The translations under genes were made by a program, and so were the position numbers. The notes beneath the pieces were generated by a model that was not told the DNA's origin, made no database searches, and was given only the letters and a program-made list of their open reading frames with translations. From Hormiphora californensis (lineage: Eukaryota; Animalia; Ctenophora): a stretch of 64,000 nt of DNA. The DNA is taken from contig CM035356.1 in NCBI GenBank assembly GCA_020137815.1, positions 62,001 through 126,000 of the forward strand, written 5' to 3'. Below, in pieces: positions 12,894 through 25,200 of this stretch (position 1 is its first letter; each line of letters opens with the position of its first letter).

Positions 12894-13330
12894 TCTATCT
12901 ATCTATCTACGGAGTGCCTGGGCTTGCCAACGGCAAGCCCACAGGGGACTATCGCAAAGCGATATCGCCGGCACTAGGAGAATAGCCCCCCTCCCCTCCC
13001 CATCCATCAGGAACTGCCCACAGGACAGGTTCCATTATAGGTGGCTTCGGGTTCGGGTGGGTAAACTCCTTCGAGAGTCGCAGGATATTGATTCTTCTTC
13101 CCTCTGAGTCTTGGATCTTTGGCTCTATGTCTCTGCGACGGGTGGGGATGAGTTCTTCTAATCTTTCTCTTGGTTCTTGAGTTTATTTGCTTTCTCGATT
13201 AGCTTGATGGCTACCGCGGTGTGGTTTATTATAGTTTTGCCTAGGTCTTTGAAGGTGGTTATGCCGCTTAATCTCATTCTCTCCGTTACCAGGATTTCAC
13301 ATTCACATATTAGGTGTTTCAAACAAAGGG
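12894..13330 (-). mobile_element. 3' fragment of a LINE (ORF2 zinc-knuckle remnant plus 3' UTR)
   Basis: KHLICEC.. resembles the C-terminal H-x4-C knuckle of I/Nimb/Jockey-type ORF2. The 3' end has hairpin GGGCTTGCC-GTT-GGCAAGCCC followed by a (TAGA)n tail. Confidence 0.55.
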
Positions 13331-14001
13331 AAACAAGAAATTTTGCCAAACAAATGTTTCACCCGTAAGGGATCTTCAGTGACAGCAATAAACTACTAAA
13401 AATGAAAATCTCCGGTACTCCCCCAAAGAAATATAAGATGGTCTCATATATAAACGTTCTCAGGTGACCAAAAACAACCCACAATAGTAGACATACAATA
13501 CCAATAGTAAACTACACACTACTCTCTCTCTCTCTCTCTCAGCTAATTAACTCACAGGAAATTAGGTGTTTCGCATTTTCTTTTGTTTTAGTGCATAGGC
13601 TTGTGGTTGCTTTGCAATTTTCTTCTGAAAATTTTTGGTCAAACGTCCAATCGAAAAAAACATGACCTATTCAATTAGCTCCCCCGGAGAACTTCGAAAA
13701 GTAACTCATGTGATTCAGCGTCCCAAAATTAGTGGGGTTAGTGCAGGCCTGGCTCCTGGGGGGGTGATGCGGGGGGTGCACAATAAGCTGAGAGACGAAA
13801 CCGACATTAAACGGCCATCTTGAAAAGTCCAATTTGGTTTTTTATTTGACGAACCAGCCAAAAATTTTCACAGCTTAAGAAAACTTTGAAAACCGCGCGC
13901 TACGAAGGGCGGGAAACAAATGAAGTTTGCGATGCTTTCAGAAGACGCGCACTGGTTTTCAAAATTTGAATACAAAACCAAATTGTAGGGAAAACGTTAA
14001 A

Positions 14002-16246
14002 ATCTGGGTGCCTTTCATTGCTAACAATTCGTAGTTTTGGCGCGCGCGACGGGTTAGGGCTATCCGTTAGGGTCTGGTTAGGGTTTGGTTTGGGGTTATC
14101 GGTTAGGGCTATCGATTCTCTAACTGATACCGTTTAGTTTACTCAAATCGGCCATGTGGTTCCATGGCTATAGCCGTCTGAAAAAAGTCGGTCTAAGTAT
14201 ACTCTTTTGGTAGCGCGCACCTGTAAACAGGCTGCAAGGCACCCAGATTATAATCGCGCCCAAATTGTAGGGCCAGCGTTAAAATCTGGGTGTTTCGAGA
14301 GTGCTGACAAACGGTTTCTTAGGGAAACCAAGGGCACTTTTTGTTGGTGAAAAGCTACTGTGGAGCTCTGAAGGAGCCACACAGGGAGATCCAGCTGCAA
14401 TGGACTTCTACTCAATTGGCATACTAAGACTGATCGAGCTTGCGGAGACGCCAGATACAACACAAGTGTGGTATGCAGATGATGCAAACAATGCAGGGAA
14501 GCTCACGGGCTTGTTAGAGTGGTTTGACAAGGTGACAACCTTTGGCCCCAGTTTCGGATATTTTGTAAACCCTGCAAAGTGCCATCTTATCGTGAAACCT
14601 GAACTGCTCGACCATGCTAAGCGACTGTTTGGAGATACTGGGGTTCAAATCACTGCTGAAGGTGCTCGTCACCTAGGTGCTTCCATAGGATCTGAGACCT
14701 TCAAGCAAACATTTGTTTCTGCTGCAGTTTCCAAATGGTGCATTGAGCTGGAAAATCTTGTGGCTATTGCCAAAGCCCACCCTCATTTGGCGTACAGCAA
14801 CTTTGTGAGAAGCTTCCGATTCAAGTGGGCCTTTCTCCAGCGAACAGTTCCAGACATCAGTGATCTGTTTGATCCGCTTGAACACACCATCCGTTCACAG
14901 TTGATTCCATGTCTGGTGGGCCGTCAAGTGTCCGACCTAGAACGGGAGATACTGGCACTCCCCTCTGGGAAAGGTGGAATGGGAATTGAGAACCCCGTCA
15001 AAACCTCTGACAGATCATACAGCAACTCCCGAGCATTGACGAAGCCCCTTGTTGATTTGATACTATGCCGTAACGAAGAAGAAATAGAAATGGCTCTAGT
15101 GGAGAAGAATGCAAGAGAGGCAAGGAACAAGATAGCAAAGGAGAATGAGGACCACCACTCAGACACTCTCAAAGAGTTACTCACTAGAATCACATGCCCA
15201 AAGCTAGTGAGATGTCTAGAGCTCGCTGGAGAGGCCGGAGCATCTGTATGGCTCACAGCAACACCTTACCCTCACCTGGGCTTCGAACTGAATCAATTGG
15301 AATTCGTCGACTCAGTGGCACTGCGATACGGGTTTGAGGTCAAAGATTTGGGCGCGACATGCGTATAATGTGGAAAGCCAAACAATGCGGACCATACCTT
15401 GTCCTGTTCAACCGGGGGCTATTCCATCCTCCGTCACGACAACATCAGGGACCTAATGGCGGAGATATGCTCGTATGCGGGCCTCAAAGGTGTGGAAACA
15501 GAGAAGCTACTTCTCCCTTGTCCGGACGGCATACACTTTCACCCTTCGGCAAACACAGCCCCTGATGCAAGGATGGATGTGATTGCACTTGACATGTGGC
15601 GAAAAATGCAGCTGGCTCATATGGATGTGCGAATTTTCCATGCCAATTCGCCCTCCTATATCGACACGCCCCTCGACCAACTCTACCGAAGAAACGAGGC
15701 TAGCAAGAAGCAGTCGTACGGAAAGCGTGTAAGAGAAGTTGAAGGGGGTGCCTTCTCTCCGCTGGTTATGAATACAGCAGGCGGGATAGCCAACGAGTTC
15801 CAAAAGGTGCTAAAGACTCTCTCACACCGAGTCTCCACAAGAACCGGAGAACCGTACAGTGAAGTGATGGCGCACCTGAGGACGAGGATACGATTCTCCC
15901 TCCTGAGATCATGCCTTATTGCATTAAGAGGAAATCGGAGGAAGATTGCTATCACTAGTCTAACAAATACTGAACTGGTGACCTGAAGAACTTGAGGATC
16001 CGAGGATAAATTGATCCGAGGATGAATTGATTTATTGTTTTGTTTTTCCTGTGTTTCTTAGGGTTAGGGCTAAAGTGGGGTTAGGGTTAGGGCTGGGGTT
16101 TGGGTTGGGGTTAGGCCTTGACATTTCCTACCAGATAAACTTTGAATTAGCCAAAACGGTTGAGTGGTTTGGCGGTTAGAGTCATTTTAGTGAATCAACT
16201 TTTTTGGCAGCGCGCACCTGTAAACAGGCCACCAAACACCCAGATC
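14002..16246 (+). mobile_element. Tandem pair of TTAGGG-containing interspersed repeat units; the second is split by the CRE-like insertion
   Basis: Units bounded by AATCTGGGTG...CACCCAGAT, containing degenerate TTAGGG arrays and gcgcgcacctgtaaacagg. A reverse copy lies at ~18335-18850. Confidence 0.65.
14325..16052 (+). mobile_element. 5'-truncated CRE/SLACS-like non-LTR retrotransposon (RT + restriction-like endonuclease) with one in-frame stop
   Basis: RT motifs EGATQGDP, WYADD, RHLGASIG; PSGKGGMGI; C-V-*-CG..H..SC..GG...RHDNIRD zinc finger and RMDV..D RLE motif. Flanked by 11-bp TSD GTTTCTTAGGG (14314-14324, 16053-16063). Confidence 0.9.
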
Positions 16247-16339
16247 GTAACGGCGCCCAAATTGTAGGTCTGCTCTTGCACCGAAAAATATCAAGAAAGA
16301 TGAAGGGAAAGCTCATGTCAAAAAAGTTGATTCGAGTCC

Positions 16340-16862
16340 AGATCCAGACAGATCCAAAAATCTGATGGTGTTTGGTCTACCGGAAGTTGAGGCGGAATCT
16401 GAATCTGTGTTGAAATGTGAGATAGAGAATGTTTTGGCTGAGCTTGATGAGAAACCTATTGTTGTAGCTAAAAGGGTGGGTTTGAAACGGGAAGGAAGGG
16501 AGAGACCCGTGATCGTGAAGCTACAGAGTAGAGAAATGCTGCTGAGCCTTCTCCAGAAGGCAAAGCAGTTAAAACAGTCCGAATCGTACTGCGGTGTATA
16601 CTTGTCAAGAGATATGTCACTCGCAGAGAGAACGGAGAGGAGGGTACTCCACCTTACATTGAAGGAGTTAAGGGAATCGAATCCCGAAAGACAATTTCGG
16701 ATACGGAAAGGAGCGATAAACTTTTCATAGATTATCTATATACACTGGACTCTTAAATGGACTCATATCTTTGATCAACCGATTTTTGCTCACAAAAAGG
16801 GGCTGATAATTCTATACATCAAACTGTGTAAATTATTATATAGATTTAATAAATAAATAAAT
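16340..16862 (+). mobile_element. LINE ORF1-like (CR1/L2-type) C-terminal fragment with (TAAA)n tail
   Basis: RSKNLMVFGLPE...KRVG..RPVIVKL..LLQKAKQLK..VYLSRDMS.ER..RR motifs typical of ORF1 RRM/CTD. aataaataaataaa at ~16848-16861. Confidence 0.65.
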
Positions 16863-17077
16863 CGTAAATAACTTCAATGAATCCCACCTAATCCTCCACC
16901 TTTTCGGATACGAAATTGTTCTTGAAATCGTCAGTTCCGATAGGTGATCCCAAATACCTGACTCCTTCTGTACAAGGGTACTAAACTCAAAGCCTATTCA
17001 AAGGACATTAACGATTTTAATTTATTGTACGTTGATTTGATTTGATATGATTTGAATCTAGTTTTAATTTATTGTGA

Positions 17078-17709
17078 CTAGTAAACCCGTTCGCCCTACA
17101 GGCGAATTTCGGGGGGGGGGGGTCAACCCAACAGTATCATACATCCATGGTGGTTAGGGCGGGTGGGTCCCGAAGGGAAACCCCTAACTGTCAAAATTTT
17201 GGGGGGTGTAGGGGTCCCGGAGGGACCAGGACAGTTAGGATTTGAGAATTTTGGGTCCTGAAGGCACTGTGGTGACCAATTTTTGCGTGCTATGATTTTG
17301 GTCAGCTGACGTCAGGCATCACACTGAAAATTTGGGGTTCTGCACGAACTATTTTGGGAGGGGGGGGTCCAAAAATTTGGGTAAGAAGACAGCTAGTTAG
17401 AGGAGTACCCTAACTGTCATAATAATGGGACATTTAGGGGCATGGATGTCTGATACCCTAACTGGGTGATGATGCTATCTGCATTGTGATGTGATCCCTC
17501 TCTTTTTCTCTCTCTGTTTCTCTCCCTTTTATGTATGACTGTGATGTGACCCTCAAGTTCGCAAGCAGATCTCTAGCACTTGTGATACGTGATACCTACG
17601 AATCACGTCGGCACACTGACGGATCACGTCGTCACACTGAAGGATCACGTCGTCACACTGACGATAGGGTGTCACATTTCCGACCAAATTTGCATTAGAT
17701 ATAGTTAGA
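17078..17709 (-). mobile_element. Non-autonomous Helitron
   Basis: Minus-strand 3' end has hairpin TTCGCCTGTAGGGCGAA then ...CTAG|T. Candidate 5' end A|TCTAACTATATC at 17709. Confidence 0.55.
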
Positions 17710-17748
17710 TAGCGCATGTGCTCATCTATATACCAGTTCAAGCTGAGA

Positions 17749-18301
17749 GGGGGTAATCATGGTGACAAATGGTGACTAATGGTGACTCATCTGACCATTT
17801 AGAGTATGTCACCATCACCATTTGTCACCATTTGTCTCCATTTGTCACCATTTGTCTCCATTTGTCACCATTTTTTGACGAATAATGCGGATTTCGGCAG
17901 AATTTCTTAAAAAATTTGATAAAATTTATTAATTTCCTTAGACCGACATATTTGTTCATAAATTGTTTACATAGCCATTCCGGATCGGCTAGTAGTGTTT
18001 TGGACCGCTAAAACTTCCCAAAAGTCACGTTGAGGGTGTACCTCCCTCGCACAACACATAAAAGCGCAATTAACCACCTGTGACCCCTTAACTACATCCA
18101 ATCGACTTGAAACTTGGTAGAAGTGTCCCCCCAGTGTCCCATAACATCATATTATGTCCCATAGTATCATATTATGCCTGTAGGAAGCTCCAGAGAGAAT
18201 GGTGACAAATGGTGACTCATCTCAAAATTTTGGTCATGTCACCATCACCATTTGTCACCATATGTCACCATTTGTCACCATTTGTCACCATGATTACCCC
18301 C
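17749..18301. mobile_element. MITE with G-run TIRs and (ATGGTGACAA)n subterminal repeats
   Basis: GGGGGTAATCATGGTGACAAATGGTGAC / GTCACCATTTGTCACCATGATTACCCCC. Confidence 0.75.
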
Positions 18302-19258
18302 CCAGTTACGGGAGTGCTCTCCCCTTAAAAAAATTTGGGTGCTTTGCGGCCTGTTTACAGGTGCGGGCTACCGAAAGAGTAAAGTCGGATTTTTTGAAGT
18401 TGTCACCCCCCTTTTGTCACGCGGCGTCGTGTTTGCGTGTGACAGCCCCTACTTGCTCTCACTTTACGGCATAAAACCGCATATCACCGAAAAGAGCATA
18501 ATTTTGTGAGTCCGTAAAACTTTTGATCGACGAAATCAGTCAAGAAACGAAGGCGTGAGAGCCGAAACAAGTTTCAGACGTGCAAATAAAACATCGCGTG
18601 CCACCCAGGGGGGTGACAACTTCAAAAAATCCGATATTACACTTCGACCGACTTTCAAACGGCTGTAGCCGCGCAATCACATGGCTGATTTGAGTAAACT
18701 AAATGGTGTCTGATAAAGAATCGATAGCACTAACCTATAACCCCAAACAAAACCCTAACCTGACCCTAACAACAGCCCTAACCCGTCTCAAACGCCAAAA
18801 TCGTCGAATTGTTAGCAATGGAAGGCACCCAGATTTTAACGTTTTCCGTTCAGTGTTTGAATCTGCTAAAACTGAGATTGAGGTCAAAACTCAAAGTTCA
18901 TATTTCATTTTTGGTAGTTCGTTCCACTCATTTAGGAACCAACATCCCTAAAGTGATGAAAAGGTATGGGTTTTGTTTGGCCCATGACATGCAATGACAG
19001 AGAAGTGCTGTAGCGTGTTTCTGGGCTAGTTAGTGGATGTCCATGTGATCATGATGATACCTGACACCTCTCTGAGCCAAAATTAAGGGATTTTCTCAAA
19101 TTTAAGCATGTAAAATGGGTTTTCTGCCATTGGTATCGTGCAACAGAATATATTGGGACACACTGTATAGTCCGATTTTTAATAAAGTGAACCGCTTTCA
19201 CGCAAAAACAAACAAACAAACAAATTAAATAATATTCAGCCTCATTTCTCCCATTAGC

Positions 19259-22200
19259 ATGGCATCTGCAGCAGTTGAGCATTTCCTGAAAGAGGATGAG
19301 GAAGTTAAAGGATTCTCATTTGAAAATTGTCGACGGTGAGTGAGAGAAATGCAAAAAAATTGATATAAAATTTGATATTACATACATTGTATAACAATTA
19401 ATCATTCGTTTTAGAAACGCGTTCCTAGCCAAGCAGGGAGCAGAGATGCCCAAAGCCCGTAAAACTGGAACTACCATTTGTGGAGTCATGTTCAACGTAC
19501 ATTTACATACTTTCAATTGGGTTACAATAGGCCATATTGATTACACCGAAAACTTATAATCAATAAATCTTTGCTTTTAAACCCCTCCCTTTGGTCGGGT
19601 TTTATACCATATACCACCCTCCCTGCCTCGCATGTCGGGCAGTATATGGTGTAGCGAATCACCCCAGCGGATGACCGGCTACATATAAACCCGGGTTTAT
19701 AGATTATATATGCCCTGACTGTGTTTTCCCCTGGCTATAGGAGGGAGTAGTATTGGGAGCTGATACTCGGGCCACCGGTGGAAGTATTGTGTGTGACCTG
19801 AACTGTGAGAAGATTCACTACATTGCTGACAATGTCTTCTGCTGTGGTGCTGGAACTGCCGCTGATACTGAGTTCACCACTAAGTATGTTGTCCACCACT
19901 CCCACCCTCACTACCACGCTATCTGATAGCGTATACAATGGTTCGATAGTGATAGTAGACTACTGACTAGTTGTGAGAATAAGTTTTTATTTCTCCTTCC
20001 GGCTGGACGATGATGATGGGTATCTTATTGCAGAAGAACGCAATAAATTTCGATGCTCAGCAACATCATCAGGCTCAAATTTATTTGTTTAAAATAGTGT
20101 TGAAAAGTTTCAAACTACTGATTCATTGTGTATTCATTGTGTATTGTCTAAACCTTTCTCCCCCCATACAGAATGATTTCCAGTAAGATGGAGCTTCTGA
20201 AACTTAGGACCGGCCGTGAGGGACGTGTTATCAGCGCCCTCCGTATGCTCAAGCAATACCTCTTCAGGTAAGAGTTAAGACATAGAACTGAAATGAAGAA
20301 TTTAAATAAGCTACCAAACCCCATGGGTTTGCATTTGGTAGCTTAGTTGTATAGCTCCGAGCATGTCTCTCTGGAGGTCCCTAGTTCAATTCCCGGTCAA
20401 ACCCAGTATTTTTCGATTTTCTTCCCTATTTAATTCTTGGTTTAAGGTCGTACGATGTCTGGTTCGTCTCAAACTGGGACCAAACGGAAAGTAACAAAGC
20501 GTCTATACATCTGTTTATATATATGTTCGCAAAAGGCAAGCTTCCCCTCGTCCGACCCGAAGTTGGAATCATATAGGCTTAGTTTGTCGAACCGGCAAGT
20601 TGCTAACATGTTTCAAATCTTCACTACTTCTCAAATGATCCCATACTTTCAGTCTAATCCCAAAATCCTAGTAAAAATAGAGACAAAAATAACGGCACCA
20701 AACTGTGAAATGCCCTTGCATTAGTGCGAGTAGAATAAAATCAATTTTCTATCTAAAGGCCGAGTTTATAGCAAGAAAGGACTATTTTACAACGAATTCT
20801 CTGGTTAGTATGGTAACCAACTCCGTTGTCATGGTAAATCAATCGAACTCTATCGAGTTCTATCGCCAGCAACTGGATGAAAATTTATCCATTTCATTAT
20901 GCACAATTCACAGGCTTTGGTTACGAAGTTACCCCTTGCCAGCGTGTGCACGCGAATTGGGGGCAAATTGTGCAGGGGCCACCCCAAAATTAATCGGTAG
21001 TATGAAAGATTAGGTCGTGCGCGCCAAATGGCGCCATTTGGCGCCATCAAATTCGCCAAATGGCGCCACGTGGCGAATAAATGGCGCCATTTGGCGCCAA
21101 AATGTGGCGAATGCGCACTATCGCCAAATATCGCCATTTCTGGCGCCAAATGGCGCCATTTGGCGCCAAATCTGGCGCCACATGGCGCCGCGTGGCGCCA
21201 CGTGGCGCCAGTGGCGATCGCCATTCGCCAAATATTGGCGACTCTTGGCGGTATCGCCACGTGGCGATGGTACAAAGTCTGAAAAAAACATGTGCAACAT
21301 ATTTATCGCCAAATGGCGCCATTTGGCGATAAGAATAGCAAATTTTCAATGCTTTCCAAAATATGACGCTCGCCACTCGGCGCCGCGTGGCGCCATTTGG
21401 CGAAAAAATCGCCAACTGGCGCCATATGGCGCCAAATGTTGCTAGTTGCGCCAAACGTCGCCATTTGGCGTCAAATGTCGCAATATGGCGCCATATGGCG
21501 CCAAACGTCGCCATTTGGCGCCAAATTTTTGTCAAATGTTTGTCGCCAAACGTCGCCATATGGCGCCATTTGTCGCCACTTGGCGCCGAACGTCGCCATT
21601 TGGCGCCAAATGTCGCCATATAGCGCCAAATGGCGCAAACTGTTTGTCAAATGTTAGTCGCCATTTGGCGCCAGATGTCGCCATTTGGCGCCAAATTTTT
21701 GTCAAATGTTTGTCGCCAAACGTCGCCATATGGCGCCATTTGTCGCCACTTGGCGCCGAACGTCGCCATTTGGCGCCAAATGTCGCCATATAGCGCCAAA
21801 TGGCGACAAATGGCGTAAACTGTTTGTCAAATGTTAGTTGCCATTTGGCGCCATATGGCGCCATATGGCGCCAAATGTCGCCATATGGCGCCAAATTTTT
21901 GTCAAATGTTTGTCGCCATTTAGCGCCAAACATCGCCATATGGCGCCATTTGTCGCCACTTGGCGCCGAACGTCGCTATTTGGCGCCAAATGTCGCCATA
22001 AAGCGCCAAATGGCGACATATGGCACAAAATGTTTGTCAAATGTTAGTCGCCATTTGGCGCCGAACGTCGCCATATGGCGCCAAATGGCAACGTTTGGCG
22101 CCATATGGCGACATTTGGCGCAAAATGGCGACTAACATTTGACAAACAGTTTGCGCCATATGTCGCCATTTTGCGCTATATGGCGCCAAATGGCGACGTT

Positions 22201-25200
22201 CGGCGCCGAGTGGCGACAAATGGCGACGTTTGGCGACAAATATTTGACAAAAATTTGGCGACATTTGGCGCCAAATGGCGACGTTTGGCGCCATATGGCG
22301 ACATTTGGCGCAAAATGGCGACTAACATTTGACAAACAGTTTGCGCCATATGTCGCCATTTGGCGCTATATGGCGACATTTGGCGCCAAATGGCGACATT
22401 CGGCGCCAAATGGCGACAAATGGCGCCATATGGCGACGTTTGGCGCCAAATGGCGACAAAGATTTGACAAAAATTTGGCGCCAAATGGCGACGTTTGGCG
22501 CAATATGGCGACATTTGGCGCCGAATGGCGACGTTTGGCGACATTTGGCGCCATATGGCGACATTTGGCGACATTTGGCGCCATATGGCGATTCTTGGCG
22601 CCATATGTCGCCAAATGGCGACAAACGGCGCCATTTGGCGAATTAATCGCCAGTTGGCGCCACGTGGCGCAGAACGGCGAGTGTACTCCTTTGAAAACCA
22701 ATGAAAATATTATTGATACATCGACAAATGGCGACAAATGGCGACGTTTGGCGATGAGTATCGCCAAGTGGCGCCAAATGGCGCCATATGGCGAAAAATT
22801 CGCCGAATGGCGCCATTTGGCGCCACTTTGTGAAGATTGGCGCCAAACGGCGCCATTTGGCGACGAATGGCGCCAGATGTCGCCAAACGGCGCCATTTGG
22901 CGACTTGATCTCCTGATCACTTAATGGCGCCAAATGGCGCCATTTGGCGATAACAATTTTGTGCATGTTTTTTTTCAGACTTTGTACCATCGCCACGTGG
23001 CGATACCGCCAAGAGTCGCCAATATTTGGCGAATGGCGATCGCCACTGGCGCCACGTGGCGCCACGCGGCGCCATGCGGCGCCAGATTTGGCGCCAAATG
23101 GCGCCATTTGGCGCCAGAAATGGCGATATTTGGCGATAGTGCGCATTCGCCACATTTTGGCGCCAAATGGCGCCATTTATTCGCCACGTGGCGCCATTTG
23201 GCGAATTTGATGGCGCCAAATGGCGCCATATGGCGCCATTTGGCGCGCACGACCTAATCTTTCATACTACCAATTAATCTCTAAGTAATTAATTAATTAA
23301 TTTTGACTATTCCCACTTTCTGTAGATTATATTATATGTTTTATGCATGAAGAACATTCCTAGAAAGTTTCAAGTCGATATTTTAAGCAGAACGGAAAAT
23401 ATAATTTAGTGCATGGGCAAACAAAATGGTGCAAGGGCACATGTTCAGGGGAAATTTGCACAAATTGTGCAGGGGCAAATTTTAATTAATTTGCCTATAA
23501 TTAATTACCTAATTGATATATTAATCATACGGCTCTTCTAGTACTCGTAGTTATGCTACTAGAACATGCATAGAAAGTTTCGTGTCAAAATATTAAACGG
23601 TGTGGACACAGTTCGATCATAAAATTGGTGCAAGGGCTGCCCTTGCACCATTTGCCCTTGCACATTGCCTGCCCCTGCACCAAATTCCATTTTTTGCACG
23701 GCTCTAACTAACTAATTAATTAATTTTGACTATTCCCACTTTTCGAACATCATCTTTTATGATTGAAGAACATTCCTACAAAGTTTCAAGTCGATATTTT
23801 AAGCAGAACGGAAAATAGAATTTGGTGCAAGGGCGCGGTGCAAGGGACAGAACACGCAATGTGCAGGGGCACGGTGCCCTTGCACCGTTTTTAATTACCT
23901 ATAATTAATTAATTAATTAAAAATTCAAAAATCCGCCAACGTCATGACACAAAGGAATACTACAAGAACATGCCTACAAAATTTCAAGTCGATATCTCAA
24001 ACGGTGTGGCCACAATCGTTGACATGTTTTTTGCCCCCCCCCCCCCCCCCCCCCCCCCAAAAAAAGACCTTTCTTTGTTCTTAATAGGGCCGGCATTTTT
24101 GGGTTTTTGTGCAGGGGCAAAAAATTTTTTTTCTTTTTTTCGTTTTTTGCTGTTTTCTTCGGGTCGGAGGTGCCTGCCGGCACCTAAATATATATCAACC
24201 TAGTTATCCCCACACTGAATTTTCTGTTTTGGGGGTGGTGTTATAACTTTTGAACAAAAAAAGCTAGCCACTTGAAATTTTTACCATCGATAGAGGTCTA
24301 CAAGAAGCTTCTAAGTACAAAATTTAGTTTCCTAGCTCTTCCGGTTCGGGAGTTACGGCATGTCAAAAAGTGCCAAAAGGGGCTAAAAGTATGAAATAAC
24401 TATAATTATATACGCTGTGAGCAAGCGGGCCGTTTTTGGGGGAAATTTTTTTCGGGGGATGGATGGGGTCACCTTTGCGCTTGCCAGCGCAGTGACCTAG
24501 TTATCCCCACACTGAATTTTCTGTTTTGGGGGTGGTGTTATAACTTTTGAATAAAAAGAGCTAGCCACTTGAAATTTTTACCATCGATAGAGGTCTACAA
24601 GAAGCTTCTAAGTACAAAATTTCAGCTTCCTAGCTCTTCCGGTTCGGGAGTTATGGCATGTCAAAAAGTGCCAAAATGGGCTAAAAGTATGAGATAACTA
24701 TATATAATACGCTGTGAGCAAGCAGATGGATGGGGGTCACCTTTGCGCTTGCCAGCGCAGTGATATCGCCGGCTCCTAAATTATACGAAAATTCAATTTC
24801 TTTCCTTCTCCCCCAGGTACCAGGGTCACATCAGTGCTGCCCTGGTTCTCGGTGGAGTTGACGTGAACGGCCCTGCCCTGTACACCGTTTACCCTCATGG
24901 ATCCACGGACAAGCTACCCTATGTCACCATGGGTTCTGGGTCCCTAGCTGCCATGAGTGTCTTTGAGGATGGCTTTAAGATGGGAATGAACGTATGTTGT
25001 GAGATCAATAATAACAAACAGACACACTTATGTGAACAAACAATACAATGTGAGACGAACATGCCACAGTTGCCAAAAAATCCATTTAGCAAGAAACTCA
25101 CAAATTAGTGTCAATTTGAAAAAAACCCACATATACATGTGTACATACATGGTACATCCGATCCATTTATCCTGAACCCCCTCCCCTACCACACACACTT

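Noticed and set aside
14050-14110. True telomere or chromosome-fusion scar
   Set aside because: The TTAGGG units are few, degenerate and part of a dispersed repeat also present at ~16060 and ~18730.
20850-23257. Dozens of overlapping MAPFGAKWRH-type ORFs; possible CRISPR-like array
   Set aside because: These are translations of a 10-bp palindromic satellite within a TIR element. There are no unique spacers or cas genes, and the context is eukaryotic.
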